DNA from: an uncultured Pseudomonadota bacterium
GTDB taxonomy: Bacteria > Pseudomonadota > Gammaproteobacteria > Burkholderiales > Rhodocyclaceae
Direction: 5' to 3'
Assembly (NCBI GenBank): GCA_903870055.1
Contig: CAIQBG010000016.1
Location: 52,709-76,708, forward strand
Length of the DNA stretch: 24,000 nucleotides
The notes beneath the pieces are model-generated. The model searched no databases. It saw only the letters and a list, made by a program, of their open reading frames with translations, and had not been told where the DNA came from. The stretch's first letter is position 1; every line of letters begins with the position of its first letter. A program made the position numbers and the translations under genes. Shown piece after piece: positions 1 through 12,254 of this stretch.

Positions 1-267
1 TATCGACAGAAAGCAGTGTACGGACACTCCATCGATAAATCCAATTGATTGTTGCTAAACATCTGTTAGTTAAAAGCTATGGCCCAATAGCGTGTGTATG
101 ACAGCAAATGTGAAGAAATCCTTGAAAAATCAACCTAAAGGGCGATGCATTGACTAGAATTAGCACCCTTTTGTGTTGCGCAGATTAAGACTTGCTGAAG
201 TTGCGGCAGTTTTTGCCGGTGTTTTGATCTGGCGCAAGGTTGATGTGTTGTTAAGAGTTGTAGGCTG

Positions 268-2172
268 ATGGAATTTCCGGAACGTTTTGATGTGATTGTT
301 GTAGGTGGCGGCCATGCCGGTACCGAAGCCGCGCTGGCTTCGGCCCGCACGGGTGCGCGCACGCTGCTGTTGACGCACAGCATGGAAACGCTGGGCGTGA
401 TGAGTTGCAACCCATCCATCGGCGGTATCGGCAAGGGCCATCTGGTTAAAGAAGTCGACGCCTTGGGCGGCGCTATGGCTGCGGCCACCGATGAAGCCGG
501 TATTCAGTTCCGCATTCTTAATGCCTCGAAAGGCCCGGCTGTTCGCGCCACGCGCGCTCAGGCCGACCGTGTTTTGTACAAGCAGGCAATTCGTCGTCGT
601 CTGGAAAACCAGCCAAACCTGACGATTTTTGCGCAGGCCTGTGATGATCTGATTATGGAAGGCGACCGCGTCGTAGGTGCGGTTACGCAGTTGGGTGTGC
701 GCTTTCGAGCCGATGCCGTGGTGCTGACTGCCGGCACCTTCCTCAATGGTCTGATCCATGTGGGGCTGAATAATTACTCTGGCGGGCGCATGGGTGACCC
801 CCCTTCGGTGTCTTTGGCCGCGCGCTTGCGCGAGCTGAAGCTGCCGCAAGGCCGCCTGAAAACCGGGACGCCGCCGCGCCTGGATGGGAAGAGCATTGAT
901 TTTTCGGTGATGCAGACCCAGCACTCGGACGACCCGATGCCGGTGTTCTCCTTCCTCGGCAATGCCGCTCAGCACCCGGCGCAACTGCCCTGCTGGATTA
1001 CCGATACCAACGAGCGCACGCACGACATTATTCGCAATAACCTCGACCGCTCACCGATGTACACGGGTGTGATTGAGGGCGTGGGCCCGCGTTATTGCCC
1101 ATCGATTGAAGACAAGATTCACCGCTTTGCCGACAAGGCGAGCCACCATGTGTTTCTGGAACCGGAAGGTCTGGATACGCACGAGATTTATCCGAACGGG
1201 ATTTCCACCTCCCTGCCCTTTGATGTGCAGCTGCAGATCGTGCGCTCCATCCGCGGCATGGAGCAGTGCCACATCCTGCGTCCGGGTTACGCCATTGAAT
1301 ATGATTACTTCGATCCGCGGGGCTTGAAGGCCTCGCTGGAAACCAAGGCTATTAACGGCTTGTTCTTCGCTGGCCAGATCAATGGCACCACGGGTTATGA
1401 AGAAGCCGCCGCGCAAGGCTTGCTGGCCGGGCTGAACGCGGCCCGCCTGACGCGCGGCGAAGCGGCTTGGAGCCCTCGCCGGGATGAATCCTATCTGGGC
1501 GTGCTGGTTGACGACCTCATTACCCGCGGAGTGAGCGAGCCGTATCGCATGTTTACCAGTCGTGCCGAATTCCGTTTGAGCTTGCGCGAAGACAACGCCG
1601 ATCTGCGTTTAACCGAGATCGGGCGCCAGATGGGCCTGGTGGACGATGTGCGATGGGCAGCATTTAGCGCCAAACGTGAGGCGATTGAGCAAGAACAGCA
1701 GCGATTGCGCACGCTTCGTGTTAATCCGCTAAAAATTAGTCAGGATGTAATCGAGCCGATTCTGGGCAAGGCGCTGGAACGGGAAACCACAATCTTTGAA
1801 CTGCTGCGCCGCCCGGATACCAATCATGCACAACTTCAGCTGCTGGCTGCCGCTGCCGGCTTGGCGGAGGCGGTGACTTTGCCGGCCGAGGTGATTGAGC
1901 AGGTCGAGATTCAGGCCAAGTATCAGGGCTATATTGATCGCCAGCGTGATGAAGTGGCACGCCAGATCACCTATGAAAGTCTGGCCCTGCCAGAGACGCT
2001 GGATTACAGCGACGTGATCGGCCTATCGCGCGAGGTTTGCCAGAAGCTACAGACGCAGCGGCCACAAACGCTGGGTCAGGCAGCGCGGATCCAGGGCATT
2101 ACGCCGGCCGCAATTGGTTTGTTGCTCGTACATCTCAAGCGCATGGGCGTGGCGCTGGGGGCTGCGCTGTGA
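268..2172 (+). CDS. mnmG: tRNA uridine-5-carboxymethylaminomethyl(34) synthesis enzyme MnmG (GidA), FAD-dependent
   Basis: 634-aa ORF. N-terminal FAD-binding GXGXXG ([15 protein letters not shown]) and GidA-typical stretches ([30 protein letters not shown]). Canonical position upstream of rsmG-parAB. Confidence 0.97.
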   Translation: MEFPERFDVIVVGGGHAGTEAALASARTGARTLLLTHSMETLGVMSCNPSIGGIGKGHLVKEVDALGGAMAAATDEAGIQFRILNASKGPAVRATRAQADRVLYKQAIRRRLENQPNLTIFAQACDDLIMEGDRVVGAVTQLGVRFRADAVVLTAGTFLNGLIHVGLNNYSGGRMGDPPSVSLAARLRELKLPQGRLKTGTPPRLDGKSIDFSVMQTQHSDDPMPVFSFLGNAAQHPAQLPCWITDTNERTHDIIRNNLDRSPMYTGVIEGVGPRYCPSIEDKIHRFADKASHHVFLEPEGLDTHEIYPNGISTSLPFDVQLQIVRSIRGMEQCHILRPGYAIEYDYFDPRGLKASLETKAINGLFFAGQINGTTGYEEAAAQGLLAGLNAARLTRGEAAWSPRRDESYLGVLVDDLITRGVSEPYRMFTSRAEFRLSLREDNADLRLTEIGRQMGLVDDVRWAAFSAKREAIEQEQQRLRTLRVNPLKISQDVIEPILGKALERETTIFELLRRPDTNHAQLQLLAAAAGLAEAVTLPAEVIEQVEIQAKYQGYIDRQRDEVARQITYESLALPETLDYSDVIGLSREVCQKLQTQRPQTLGQAARIQGITPAAIGLLLVHLKRMGVALGAAL

Positions 2173-2831
2173 GCGCAAGCCGTGCGGCAGAAGCTGCCCA
2201 GCTGATCGCTGGCGCAGCCAAAATGGGCGTGGCGCTGACGGAAGCGCAGAGCGAGAAGCTGCTCGATTATCTGGATCTGTTGCAGAAGTGGAATAAGGCT
2301 TACAACTTAACGGCGGTGCGCGAACGGCCGGCGATGCTGACGCAACATTTGCTGGATTCGCTGTCGATCGTGCCGCATCTGCCGCCTGGCGATTTGCTGG
2401 ATGTGGGTAGTGGCGGTGGTTTGCCGGGGATTCCGCTGGCCATTCTGCAGCCGGAGCGCTCCATTACGCTGGTGGATACCGTCGGGAAAAAGGTGGCGTT
2501 TCTCAAGCAGGCAGCGATGACGCTGGGTTTGAAGAACCTGCAGGCAGTTTCAACCCGGATTGAATCCTGGGTGCCGCCCGCCGAACATACGGGCGGTTTT
2601 GCATTGATTACAGCGCGAGCTTATGCCACTTTGCAGACTTTGGTGGGGCAAACACAGCGACTTTTAGCCCCAAATGGGGGGTGGTACGCTATGAAAGGTG
2701 TCATTCCGGCCGCCGAAATGGCAGAATTAGCCTCTGATGTCTCTGTACGTGCAGTCATTCCGCTTGATGTACCTGATTTGGGTGCAGAAAGACATCTGAT
2801 TCTGCTGGCTCCGGTCGGCTCCGGTTCTTAA
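2169..2831 (+). CDS. rsmG: 16S rRNA (guanine527-N7)-methyltransferase RsmG (GidB)
   Basis: The ORF track gives 2037..2831, but its first 44 codons overlap mnmG. An in-frame GTG at 2169 overlaps the mnmG stop (GTGA) and gives 220 aa. Motifs [13 protein letters not shown] and SAM-binding [17 protein letters not shown]. The start choice is less certain than the gene call (ATG at 2223 is the alternative). Confidence 0.9.
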   Translation: MSASRAAEAAQLIAGAAKMGVALTEAQSEKLLDYLDLLQKWNKAYNLTAVRERPAMLTQHLLDSLSIVPHLPPGDLLDVGSGGGLPGIPLAILQPERSITLVDTVGKKVAFLKQAAMTLGLKNLQAVSTRIESWVPPAEHTGGFALITARAYATLQTLVGQTQRLLAPNGGWYAMKGVIPAAEMAELASDVSVRAVIPLDVPDLGAERHLILLAPVGSGS

Positions 2832-2848
2832 GGTTAAAAAGGCGCAGC

Positions 2849-3625
2849 ATGCGTATTCTGGCAATTACCAATCAAAAAGGCGGCGTGGGTAAAACCACTT
2901 CGGCCGTCAATCTGAGCGCAGCGCTGGCCCACCTGAAACAACGAGTGCTGCTGATTGACCTGGATCCGCAAGGCAATGCCACCACCGGTTGCGGCATCGT
3001 GAAGACCGATGCGCTGCCGACGGTATATCAATTGCTGCTGGGCGACACGACGCTGGCTAACGCCATTCAGAAAACCGAATTCGGCTTCGATATCCTGCCG
3101 GCCAACCGTGAACTGGCGGGCGCCGAAATTGAACTGATTGAGCTAGATGGTCGCGAACAGAAATTGAAAGAGGCGTTGGCTACGGTGACCGATCGTTACG
3201 ATTACGTGCTGATCGATTGCCCGCCGGCGCTGAATATGCTGACAGTGAACGCCCTGGTGGCTTCACAGTCGGTGATGATTCCGATGCAGTGCGAGTACTA
3301 CGCGCTGGAAGGTTTGTCGGACCTGGTGGAAACGCTGCGCAAGGTGCGTGGCAACCTGAATCCGGATCTGGAAATCGAAGGTTTGCTGCGCACCATGTAC
3401 AACGCGCAGAGCACGCTAACGCAGCAGGTGTCGGATGAGCTGACCAGCCACTTTGGCGATAAGGTTTACAGCACCATCATTCCACGAAATGTGCGTCTGG
3501 CCGAAGCGCCGTCGCACGGCAAGCCGGCGATGGCTTACGATGCCGCCTCCAAGGGCGCGCAAGCCTACACGGCCCTGGCCGAAGAGTTGCTGGGCCGTCA
3601 TGGCAAAGCAACGGCCACGAAATAA
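2849..3625 (+). CDS. parA: Chromosome partitioning ATPase ParA/Soj
   Basis: 258-aa ORF. Deviant Walker A of the ParA family (ITNQKGGVGKTTSAVNL) and Walker B-like YVLIDCPP. Lies directly downstream of rsmG. Confidence 0.95.
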   Translation: MRILAITNQKGGVGKTTSAVNLSAALAHLKQRVLLIDLDPQGNATTGCGIVKTDALPTVYQLLLGDTTLANAIQKTEFGFDILPANRELAGAEIELIELDGREQKLKEALATVTDRYDYVLIDCPPALNMLTVNALVASQSVMIPMQCEYYALEGLSDLVETLRKVRGNLNPDLEIEGLLRTMYNAQSTLTQQVSDELTSHFGDKVYSTIIPRNVRLAEAPSHGKPAMAYDAASKGAQAYTALAEELLGRHGKATATK

Positions 3626-3638
3626 GTAGAGATATCAG

Positions 3639-4544
3639 ATGAACGCAAAAAACAAAGCCCGGGGTCTGGGTCGCGGGCTCGACGCCCTGCTCGGCGGCAA
3701 TGCTGCAAAGGTGGGCGCTGCTGCGGCCGCTGCGCCAGCGACGAATGAGGTGCCACGCACGCTGCCGGTAAAAGATCTGCAGCCGGGCAAGTACCAGCCG
3801 CGTACACGCATGGATGAAGCTAGCCTGAATGAGCTGGCCGCATCGATCGCAGCGCAAGGCCTGGTGCAGCCGATCATCGTGCGCCCACTGGGTGCCGGTG
3901 CCACGACGCCCTATGAAATTATTGCGGGCGAGCGCCGCTGGCGCGCATCGCAGATTGCCGGCCTGAAAGAAGTGCCGGTGCACGTGCATCACATCGCCGA
4001 TGAAGCGGCGCTGGCGATGGCGCTGATCGAGAATATCCAGCGTGAAGATCTGAATCCGCTGGAAGAAGCGCAGGGTCTGCGTCGCCTGATTGATGAATTT
4101 GATTTAACGCACCAGCAGGCAGCAGAAGCCGTTGGCCGTTCGCGTTCGGCGGCCACGAATCTGTTGCGCTTGCTTGAGCTGGCAGTGCCGGTGCAGGATC
4201 TGCTGATGCATGGCCGTATTGATATGGGTCATGCGCGCGCCCTGCTGTCGCTGGTGGGTAGCGATCAGGTGGCTGTGGCGCAACAGGTAGTGCTGAAGGC
4301 TTTATCGGTACGTGAAACAGAAGAGCTGGTGCGTCGCCGTCAGAGTGCGAAACCCGCACCAAAACCGGGTGCAGGCGCGGCAAAGGTTGAAAATTCGGAT
4401 GTTACAAGGCTGAGCGAAAAGCTGGCTGACACGCTGGGCGCCGAGGTAAAAATCGCCGCCAACAAACAGGGTGCGGGCAAGATTACGATTAGCTTCCAGA
4501 GTCTTGATCAGCTCGATGGGCTAATTGAGCATTTTTTTGATTGA
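3639..4544 (+). CDS. parB: Chromosome partitioning protein ParB/Spo0J
   Basis: 301-aa ORF. N-terminal RGLGRGLDALL box, arginine patch IIAGERRWRAS, and an HTH segment (LTHQQAAEAVGRSRSAATNLLRLL). Starts 13 nt after parA. Confidence 0.95.
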   Translation: MNAKNKARGLGRGLDALLGGNAAKVGAAAAAAPATNEVPRTLPVKDLQPGKYQPRTRMDEASLNELAASIAAQGLVQPIIVRPLGAGATTPYEIIAGERRWRASQIAGLKEVPVHVHHIADEAALAMALIENIQREDLNPLEEAQGLRRLIDEFDLTHQQAAEAVGRSRSAATNLLRLLELAVPVQDLLMHGRIDMGHARALLSLVGSDQVAVAQQVVLKALSVRETEELVRRRQSAKPAPKPGAGAAKVENSDVTRLSEKLADTLGAEVKIAANKQGAGKITISFQSLDQLDGLIEHFFD

Positions 4545-4569
4545 CGGCGGCGAAAGCTCGCCGTATAGT
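4541..4569 (+). promoter_or_regulatory. Putative sigma70 promoter of the atp operon
   Basis: TTGACG (4541-4546), exactly 17 nt, then TATAGT (4564-4569). The -35 element overlaps the parB stop codon. The atpI ATG at 4621 is preceded by GAGG at 4615-4618. Confidence 0.55.
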
Positions 4570-4620
4570 TACGGCGTTTGAAGGCGCCTTGTTAGGCACA
4601 GCACACAACGCGATGAGGTA

Positions 4621-4968
4621 ATGGTGTTCCGAGTTATACGCCTGCAACTGATCGCAATAATCATAGCTGTGACACTGGCCGGGTTGCTTGTGGGGTGGCG
4701 TGGCAGTATTTCTGCTGCGATCGGAGGAGGGGCAGTTTTGCTACCCAATTTTCTGTTCGCGCTGAGATTAATGGCGGCGTCGGCGGGTCGTGCAAGTGTA
4801 GCGACAGCCGGAGTCTTCATCGTCTACGAATTCTTCAAGCTTGCCCTCACACTTATTTTGTTGGCGGTTGCCATCGCGCTGTATGCGGACCTTAGCTGGC
4901 CCAGTATGCTGCTCAGTATGGCGATCACCTTGCAGGTAAATTTTTTAGCATTGGCGAAAAGAACCTGA
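4621..4968 (+). CDS. atpI: ATP synthase protein I (AtpI)
   Basis: 115-aa strongly hydrophobic ORF abutting atpB (TGA, 1 nt, ATG). Size and position are typical for AtpI; the sequence itself is poorly diagnostic. Confidence 0.75.
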   Translation: MVFRVIRLQLIAIIIAVTLAGLLVGWRGSISAAIGGGAVLLPNFLFALRLMAASAGRASVATAGVFIVYEFFKLALTLILLAVAIALYADLSWPSMLLSMAITLQVNFLALAKRT

Positions 4969-4969
4969 G

Positions 4970-5872
4970 ATGGCGACTGAAAACGTAGCGAACGCAGCAG
5001 CTCTCGGCGCGGCCCAAGGCCCGACGCAGGGCGAGTACATTGTTCACCACTTGACCCACCTGAATTCCACAGGTGAGGCGCAGAAGTCTATTGTTGACTT
5101 CTCGGTGCTTAACCTTGACTCATTCATCTTCTCCACCGCGCTGGGTATCCTGGCTGTGTTGTTGCTGGCCTACGTGGCTCAGCGTGCAACCGCTGGCGTA
5201 CCGGGTCGTCTGCAATCGGCCATTGAAGTGCTGGTCGAAATGGTTGCCGATCAGGCCAAGGGCATTATTCATGATGCCAAGTCGCGCCTCTTCGTGGCAC
5301 CGCTGGCGCTGACCGTATTCGTTTGGATCTTCTTCCTGAACGCCATGGATCTGCTGCCGCTGGATCTGTTCCCGAAGATCTGGTCCACTTATTACGAAGC
5401 TTCGGGTCACGATCCGCACCACGCATTCCTGCGTATCGTCCCATCGGCCGACTTGAACATCACGCTGGCGCTGGCACTGGGTGTGCTGATTGTCTGCTTG
5501 TACTACAACATCAAAATCAAGGGTATTGGCGGTTGGGTGCATGAGCTGTTTGCAGCCCCGTTTGGTTCCCATCCTGTGCTGGCACCGATCAACTTCCTGA
5601 TGCAGATGATCGAATTCGCCGCCAAAACAATTTCTCACGGCATGCGGTTGTTCGGTAACATGTACGCCGGTGAGCTGGTCTTCATGCTGATCGCCTTGAT
5701 GGGCGCATCGTGGGCCGGTATGCATTCGTTGTCGGGTGGCCTGCTATTCGCCGGTCACGTGATTGCTGGTTCCATCTGGGCCATCTTCCACATCCTGATC
5801 ATTACCCTGCAGGCATTCATCTTCATGATGCTGACGCTGGTGTATGTCGGTCAGGCGCACGAATCGCACTAA
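4970..5872 (+). CDS. atpB: F0 ATP synthase subunit a
   Basis: 300-aa polytopic membrane ORF with the subunit-a signature and essential Arg (ISHGMRLFGNMYAGE). Confidence 0.96.
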   Translation: MATENVANAAALGAAQGPTQGEYIVHHLTHLNSTGEAQKSIVDFSVLNLDSFIFSTALGILAVLLLAYVAQRATAGVPGRLQSAIEVLVEMVADQAKGIIHDAKSRLFVAPLALTVFVWIFFLNAMDLLPLDLFPKIWSTYYEASGHDPHHAFLRIVPSADLNITLALALGVLIVCLYYNIKIKGIGGWVHELFAAPFGSHPVLAPINFLMQMIEFAAKTISHGMRLFGNMYAGELVFMLIALMGASWAGMHSLSGGLLFAGHVIAGSIWAIFHILIITLQAFIFMMLTLVYVGQAHESH

Positions 5873-5881
5873 GTTTCTTAG

Positions 5882-6205
<324 letters not shown>

Positions 6206-6238
6206 TCCTGAACAACCTTTTTCAGGAGGGCACGTAGC

Positions 6239-6709
6239 GTGAACTTAAACGCAACATTATTCGCCCAGCTCATCGTATTCTTCATACTCGTATGGTTCAC
6301 GATGAAGTTTGTCTGGCCGCCGATTACGAAGGCGCTAGATGATCGTGCGAAAAAAATCGCTGATGGCCTGGCTGCAGCAGACCGTGGTAAGCATGAGCTA
6401 GAGCTTGCCAGCAAACGTTCGGCTGAAGTTGTGCGCGAAGGCAAAGAAAAGTCGGCTGATGTTCTGGCTAACGCTGAAAAGCGTGCAATCCAGATCATCG
6501 AAGAAGCCAAGGTCCAGGCCAAGGTTGAAGCTGATCGTATCGTGGCAAATGCTCGCGGTGAAGTTGAGCAAGAAGTTGTTCGCGCACGTGAACAACTTCG
6601 TGATCAAGTCGCTGCGCTGGCTGTAGCGGGTGCTGAAAAGATTCTCCGTAAGGAAATCAATGCAGGTGCCCATGCAGAAATTCTGGTTGCTATCAAGCAA
6701 GGTCTGTAA
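6239..6709 (+). CDS. atpF: F0 ATP synthase subunit b
   Basis: 156-aa ORF with a GTG start and RBS CAGGAGG. One N-terminal TM helix followed by a long charged Ala/Glu/Lys-rich helix, as in b subunits. Confidence 0.9.
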   Translation: MNLNATLFAQLIVFFILVWFTMKFVWPPITKALDDRAKKIADGLAAADRGKHELELASKRSAEVVREGKEKSADVLANAEKRAIQIIEEAKVQAKVEADRIVANARGEVEQEVVRAREQLRDQVAALAVAGAEKILRKEINAGAHAEILVAIKQGL

Positions 6710-6712
6710 CCA

Positions 6713-7249
6713 ATGGCTGAATCCCTCACCGTAGCCCGTCCTTACGCCGAAGCGGTTTTCCGTCTCGGTCGCGAGTCAAGCGCGCTAGCCGACTGGAGTG
6801 GTTGGTTAGGTCGCCTGTCGCTGATTGCCAATGAATCGGCAATGCGGGACTGCTTTGGCAATCCGAAGCTGAATTCCCGTCAAGTCACTGACCTTGTGGT
6901 GGGCGTGCTCGGGGTGGAAGCCCCGCAGCCGCTGTCACGTTTTATTGAGGTGCTTGCCGAAAACAAGCGCCTGTCACTCCTTCCCGAAATCCAGACTCTT
7001 TTCGAAGAGCTGAAATCGGAAGAAGAAGGTGTGAAGGATGCGCTGATCATCAGTGCATTCCCGATGGACGATGCCCAGGTTGCTCAGGTACTGCCTGCAC
7101 TGGAACAGCATTTCTCTTCAAAGCTCAAGCCGCGCGTTACCGTGGACTCCTCGCTGATTGGCGGAGTCAAGGTTGAAGTCGGTGACGAGGTGTTTGACGC
7201 CTCGGTGCGTGGCCAGCTCGACGCTATGGCTGTCGCGTTAAAGAACTAG
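6713..7249 (+). CDS. atpH: F1 ATP synthase subunit delta (OSCP)
   Basis: 178-aa ORF. N-terminus ARPYAEAVF and C-terminus IGGVKVEVGDEVFDASVRGQL are typical for delta/OSCP. Lies between atpF and atpA. Confidence 0.9.
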   Translation: MAESLTVARPYAEAVFRLGRESSALADWSGWLGRLSLIANESAMRDCFGNPKLNSRQVTDLVVGVLGVEAPQPLSRFIEVLAENKRLSLLPEIQTLFEELKSEEEGVKDALIISAFPMDDAQVAQVLPALEQHFSSKLKPRVTVDSSLIGGVKVEVGDEVFDASVRGQLDAMAVALKN

Positions 7250-7260
7250 GAGTTTTCTAA

Positions 7261-8799
7261 ATGCAACTGAATCCTTCTGAGATCAGCGAGCTGATCAAGA
7301 GCAAGATTGAGAACCTTGGCCTGGGTGCTGAAACCCGGACCCAGGGTACTGTCGTATCGGTTACCGATGGCATTTGCCGCGTACACGGTCTGGAAGACGT
7401 GATGCAAGGTGAAATGCTTGAGTTCCCGAACGGCATCATGGGTATGGCACTTAACCTCGAGCGCGACTCTGTCGGTGCCGTGGTTCTTGGCGAATACGAA
7501 CAAATTTCGGAAGGCGACATCGTTAAATGTACGGGCCGCATTCTGGAAGTGCCTGTTGGTCCTGAACTGAAGGGTCGCGTTGTTAACGCCCTGGGTCAGC
7601 CAATCGACGGCAAGGGTCCGCTGGGTAACAAGCTGACCGACAAGATTGAAAAGGTTGCCCCGGGCGTGATCTGGCGTAAGTCAGTGTCGCAACCGCTGCA
7701 AACCGGTGTTAAGGCTGTTGACGCCATGGTGCCGATCGGCCGTGGTCAGCGTGAGCTGATCATTGGTGACCGTCAGACGGGTAAGACCGCTGTCGCCATC
7801 GATACCATCATTAACCAAAAGGGTCAGGGCGTAACCTGTATCTACGTTGCAGTCGGTCAGAAAGCTTCGACCATTGCTAACGTGGTACGCGCTCTGGAAG
7901 AGCACGGCGCTCTGGAATACACCATCATCGTTGCTGCTACCGCTTCGGATCCGGCTGCTATGCAGTTCATCGCTCCGTACTCGGGTTGCACGATGGGTGA
8001 ATACTTCCGTGACCGCGGTGAAGACGCCCTGATCGTATATGACGATTTGACCAAGCAAGCTTGGGCCTACCGTCAGATTTCTCTGCTGCTACGTCGTCCG
8101 CCAGGCCGCGAAGCTTACCCGGGTGATGTGTTCTATCTGCACTCGCGTCTGCTGGAGCGTGCTGCTCGCGTGAGCGAAGAGTATGTAGAAAAGCTGACCA
8201 ACGGCGAAATCAAGGGCAAGACCGGTTCGCTAACCGCGCTGCCAGTGATTGAAACCCAGGCAGGTGACGTTTCGGCCTTCGTTCCGACCAACGTTATTTC
8301 GATTACCGATGGCCAGATCTTCCTGGAAACCGACCTCTTTAACGCAGGTATCCGTCCGGCTATTAACGCCGGTATCTCGGTGTCTCGCGTGGGTGGTGCG
8401 GCTCAGACCAAGATCGTTAAGAAGCTGTCGGGTGGTATCCGTACCGATCTCGCCCAGTACCGTGAACTGGCTGCCTTTGCGCAGTTTGCTTCGGATCTGG
8501 ACGATGCAACCCGTAACCAGCTGGAGCGCGGTCGTCGCGTTGTGGAAGTGCTGAAGCAGCCACAATACGAGCCACTGAATGTTTCCAAGCAGGCTGTGGT
8601 TCTGTACGCGATTACCCGTGGCTACGCCGATGATGTGGAAGTGAACCGTGTACTCGAGTTCACCCGCAACCTGGTTAGCGACATCGAGCACAAGAACGCT
8701 GCACTGATGCAAAAGATGGAACAGACCAAAGATCTGGATGCTGATTCGGAGAAAGCACTCGTTGCTGCCATCGAAGCTTTCAAGTCCAGCTGGCTTTGA
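7261..8799 (+). CDS. atpA: F1 ATP synthase subunit alpha
   Basis: 512-aa ORF with Walker A GDRQTGKT. Alpha-subunit sequence is conserved throughout. Confidence 0.98.
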   Translation: MQLNPSEISELIKSKIENLGLGAETRTQGTVVSVTDGICRVHGLEDVMQGEMLEFPNGIMGMALNLERDSVGAVVLGEYEQISEGDIVKCTGRILEVPVGPELKGRVVNALGQPIDGKGPLGNKLTDKIEKVAPGVIWRKSVSQPLQTGVKAVDAMVPIGRGQRELIIGDRQTGKTAVAIDTIINQKGQGVTCIYVAVGQKASTIANVVRALEEHGALEYTIIVAATASDPAAMQFIAPYSGCTMGEYFRDRGEDALIVYDDLTKQAWAYRQISLLLRRPPGREAYPGDVFYLHSRLLERAARVSEEYVEKLTNGEIKGKTGSLTALPVIETQAGDVSAFVPTNVISITDGQIFLETDLFNAGIRPAINAGISVSRVGGAAQTKIVKKLSGGIRTDLAQYRELAAFAQFASDLDDATRNQLERGRRVVEVLKQPQYEPLNVSKQAVVLYAITRGYADDVEVNRVLEFTRNLVSDIEHKNAALMQKMEQTKDLDADSEKALVAAIEAFKSSWL

Positions 8800-8813
8800 T
8801 CTAGGAGAGCGCC

Positions 8814-9677
8814 ATGGCAAGCGGCAAGGAAATCCGTACTAAGATCAAAAGCGTAGAAAATACGCGGAAGATCACCAAAGCTATGGAAATGGTTGCGGCG
8901 TCCAAAATGCGTAAAGCGCAAGACCGGATGCTCAAGGCCCGTCCTTATGGCGAGAAGATCCGCCGCGTTGCTGCGCACCTTTCGCATGCGTTGTCAGAGT
9001 ACAAGCATCCGTTCCTCGAGAAACGTGACCAGATTAAAAAGGTCGGCATCATTCTCGTGACTTCGGATAAAGGTCTCTGCGGCGGCTTGAACACTAACGT
9101 TCTGCGTCAACTCGTGAATAAAATGCGCGAGCTCGATGGCCAGAAGGTCGATGTTCAGGTCACAGCGATTGGTAGCAAAGGCTTCGCTTTCCTCCAGCGC
9201 AATGGTGCACAAGTTGTATCGCATGCTATTGGTCTGGGTGACAACCCGCACATTGACAGCCTGATTGGGCCAGTTAAGGTGCAGATTGATGCCTACAATG
9301 CCGGTGAAATCGATGAACTGCACATTGCCTACACGCGTTTCGTTAACACGATGCGCCAGGAGCCGGTTGTCGAACAACTGCTGCCGCTTGCGGGCGACAC
9401 AGTGGGTTCGGAATCGAGCCGCTGGGATTATGTTTACGAGCCGGATGCCAAGTCCGTGATCGATGATCTGCTGGTGCGTTACCTCGAGGCGCTGGTTTAC
9501 CAGTCCGTCGCCGAGAATATCGCATCGGAACAAAGTGCTCGGATGGTAGCCATGAAGGCTGCTTCCGATAACGCCAAGAACGTAATCGAAGAGCTGAAGC
9601 TGGTCTACAACAAGACCCGCCAAGCAGCGATTACGAAAGAGCTGTCCGAGATCGTCAGCGGCGCAGCAGCGGTTTGA
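8814..9677 (+). CDS. atpG: F1 ATP synthase subunit gamma
   Basis: 287-aa ORF with the conserved gamma termini ([30 protein letters not shown] ... [14 protein letters not shown]). Confidence 0.96.
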   Translation: MASGKEIRTKIKSVENTRKITKAMEMVAASKMRKAQDRMLKARPYGEKIRRVAAHLSHALSEYKHPFLEKRDQIKKVGIILVTSDKGLCGGLNTNVLRQLVNKMRELDGQKVDVQVTAIGSKGFAFLQRNGAQVVSHAIGLGDNPHIDSLIGPVKVQIDAYNAGEIDELHIAYTRFVNTMRQEPVVEQLLPLAGDTVGSESSRWDYVYEPDAKSVIDDLLVRYLEALVYQSVAENIASEQSARMVAMKAASDNAKNVIEELKLVYNKTRQAAITKELSEIVSGAAAV

Positions 9678-9685
9678 TTTTTTAG

Positions 9686-11104
<1,419 letters not shown>

Positions 11105-11158
11105 CCGGAAGTTCCATCCCCCCGCCGCGCGGTAACGTGCGGCGGATCAGGAGCAAAT

Positions 11159-11578
11159 ATGTCATTAAGAATCCATGTAGACGTAGTCAGCGCTGAAGAG
11201 ATGATTTTCTCGGGTGAAGCTGATCACGTAGTACTGCCGGGTGAATCGGGCGAGCTTGGTATCTGGCCACGCCACACCCCGCTGCTGACGCGTATCCGTC
11301 CGGGTGCCGTTCGCATCAAACTGCCAGATGGCGGCGAAGAGTTCGTCTACGTTTCCGGCGGCATGCTGGAAGTACAGCCGACGATGGTAACGGTTCTGGC
11401 TGATACTGCCATCCGTGCCCACGATCTAGATGAAGCCCGTGCTCAGCAGGCCAAGAAGGCTGCCGAAGAGCTGCTGCAAAAACGTGATAGCAGCATGGAC
11501 TACGCCAAGGCCGAAGGCGAACTGGCCGACGCAATTGGTCAGCTGGCTGCCATCAAGAAGCTGCGCAATAAGCACTAA
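11159..11578 (+). CDS. atpC: F1 ATP synthase subunit epsilon
   Basis: 139-aa ORF, last gene of the operon. N-terminal beta-sandwich-type sequence ([29 protein letters not shown]) and a C-terminal helical region. Confidence 0.93.
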   Translation: MSLRIHVDVVSAEEMIFSGEADHVVLPGESGELGIWPRHTPLLTRIRPGAVRIKLPDGGEEFVYVSGGMLEVQPTMVTVLADTAIRAHDLDEARAQQAKKAAEELLQKRDSSMDYAKAEGELADAIGQLAAIKKLRNKH

Positions 11579-11620
11579 CGCATTAGTCGCACTAAGTTTC
11601 AGGTAGCAATACCTAAAACG

Positions 11621-11650
11621 AAAAAGACCACCTTCGGGTGGTCTTTTTTT
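11621..11650. terminator. Bidirectional rho-independent terminator between atpC and ubiJ
   Basis: Perfect 8-bp stem AGACCACC (11625-11632), loop TTCG, GGTGGTCT (11637-11644). It is flanked by an A-run (11621-11624, continued by the stem A at 11625) and a T-run (11645-11650), so it can terminate both convergent transcripts. Confidence 0.85.
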
Positions 11651-11665
11651 ACGTCGCTGAAGCCC

Positions 11666-12247
11666 TTATCGGGTTAGGCGATCAACGCGCTGCTGCAGGC
11701 GTGCCACATCGTTGCGCAGGGTGTCGACGTTATCCATAAAGGCGTGTACCTCTGGGGTAGGCACAATCACCGATTGCCCTTCGGCCACGTGTTCGGTGAA
11801 CTGATCCTTCAATCGATTAACCAGATCTTCAGTGCCCTGCTTCAGGGAATAAAAGAAACCCATGGCACGGTGTGCCGCTATGTCACCAATCTTCGATGCC
11901 AGAAAGGCTTCCGGGTCCGGGCGAATCTGATCCATCACATCGTTTAATGCATTGGCCAGATCGATATTGCCGCGAATCTTTGCGGCTTTGATCACGCCTT
12001 GGCGACCATGGCTCAGGAAGAGTGAAGCGGCATTCGCCGGCAGATCTATGGAGAGTGTGGGGTCGTCATCACCAAAGACCTGATGCGCGGCCAGCAGACC
12101 ATCCGGCTCAATCGTGTAGCGCATCAATGAGCGCTCAGCCATAGAGATACGTAGCGACGATCCGTTAAAGGCAGCCAGACGTGATGCCGCCCACGGATCA
12201 TCGCGCAGGGCTCGATTAATAACGGGCAAGGTTAGGCTGTGCAGCAT
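11666..12247 (-). CDS. ubiJ: Ubiquinone biosynthesis accessory factor UbiJ (SCP2 domain)
   Basis: By hand alignment it resembles E. coli UbiJ (PDPEAFLASKIGDIAAHRA vs FDPAELLAPYTGDIAAEGI, with a C-terminal coiled helix). It lies immediately downstream of ubiE. The start is taken at ATG 12247 (MLHSLTLPVINRAL), because the longer ORF to 12322 would overlap ubiE by 68 nt. Confidence 0.8.
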   Translation of the reverse strand: MLHSLTLPVINRALRDDPWAASRLAAFNGSSLRISMAERSLMRYTIEPDGLLAAHQVFGDDDPTLSIDLPANAASLFLSHGRQGVIKAAKIRGNIDLANALNDVMDQIRPDPEAFLASKIGDIAAHRAMGFFYSLKQGTEDLVNRLKDQFTEHVAEGQSVIVPTPEVHAFMDNVDTLRNDVARLQQRVDRLTR

Positions 12248-12254
12248 AGCGCGC

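Noticed and set aside
93-117. Possible DnaA boxes or oriC in the AT-richer 267 bp upstream of mnmG (TGTGTATGA at 93-101, TGTGAAGAA at 109-117).
   Set aside because: Each matches only the relaxed TGTGNAWAA consensus with one mismatch. There is no perfect TTATCCACA box, no cluster and no obvious AT-rich 13-mer repeats. This is chance-level evidence, and the region is truncated by the window edge.
160-1023. Long antisense ORFs inside conserved genes. Examples: 160..1023(-), 1051..1416(-), 3477..3992(-), 3919..4383(-), 5120..5725(-), 7681..8058(-), 8230..8820(-), 8994..9623(-), 10508..10936(-), 14230..14790(-).
   Set aside because: Each lies opposite a strongly supported conserved CDS. Their translations are Arg/Ala/Gly/His-rich, low-complexity and motif-free, as expected for open antisense frames in GC-biased coding DNA.
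2037-2168. 5' extensions of ORF-track models: rsmG 2037-2168, ubiJ 12248-12322, DUF971 13387-13455, lipoprotein 19109-19186, and PD-(D/E)XK fragment 22223-22276.
   Set aside because: The extensions overlap the upstream gene or add non-homologous residues. Internal starts give family-typical N-termini and, where checked, have an RBS (for example GAGGAG before 19108) or a GTGA/short-gap junction.
4305-4320. parS-like sequences: ACGTGAAACA at 4311-4320 in parB, a CACGTGAA core at 6585-6592 in atpF (16-mer 6580-6595), and TGTTTCAC at 10972-10979 in atpD.
   Set aside because: These are half-sites only: 10/16 for the first two and an 8-nt half-site for the third, against TGTTTCACGTGAAACA. No full palindrome is present, so I do not call a parS site in this window.
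4544-4564. Inverted repeat ACGGCG...CGCCGT just after parB as a possible terminator.
   Set aside because: It is a 6-bp stem with a 9-nt loop and no following T-tract. It coincides with the spacer of a well-formed -35/-10 pair, so it is better explained as part of the atp promoter region.
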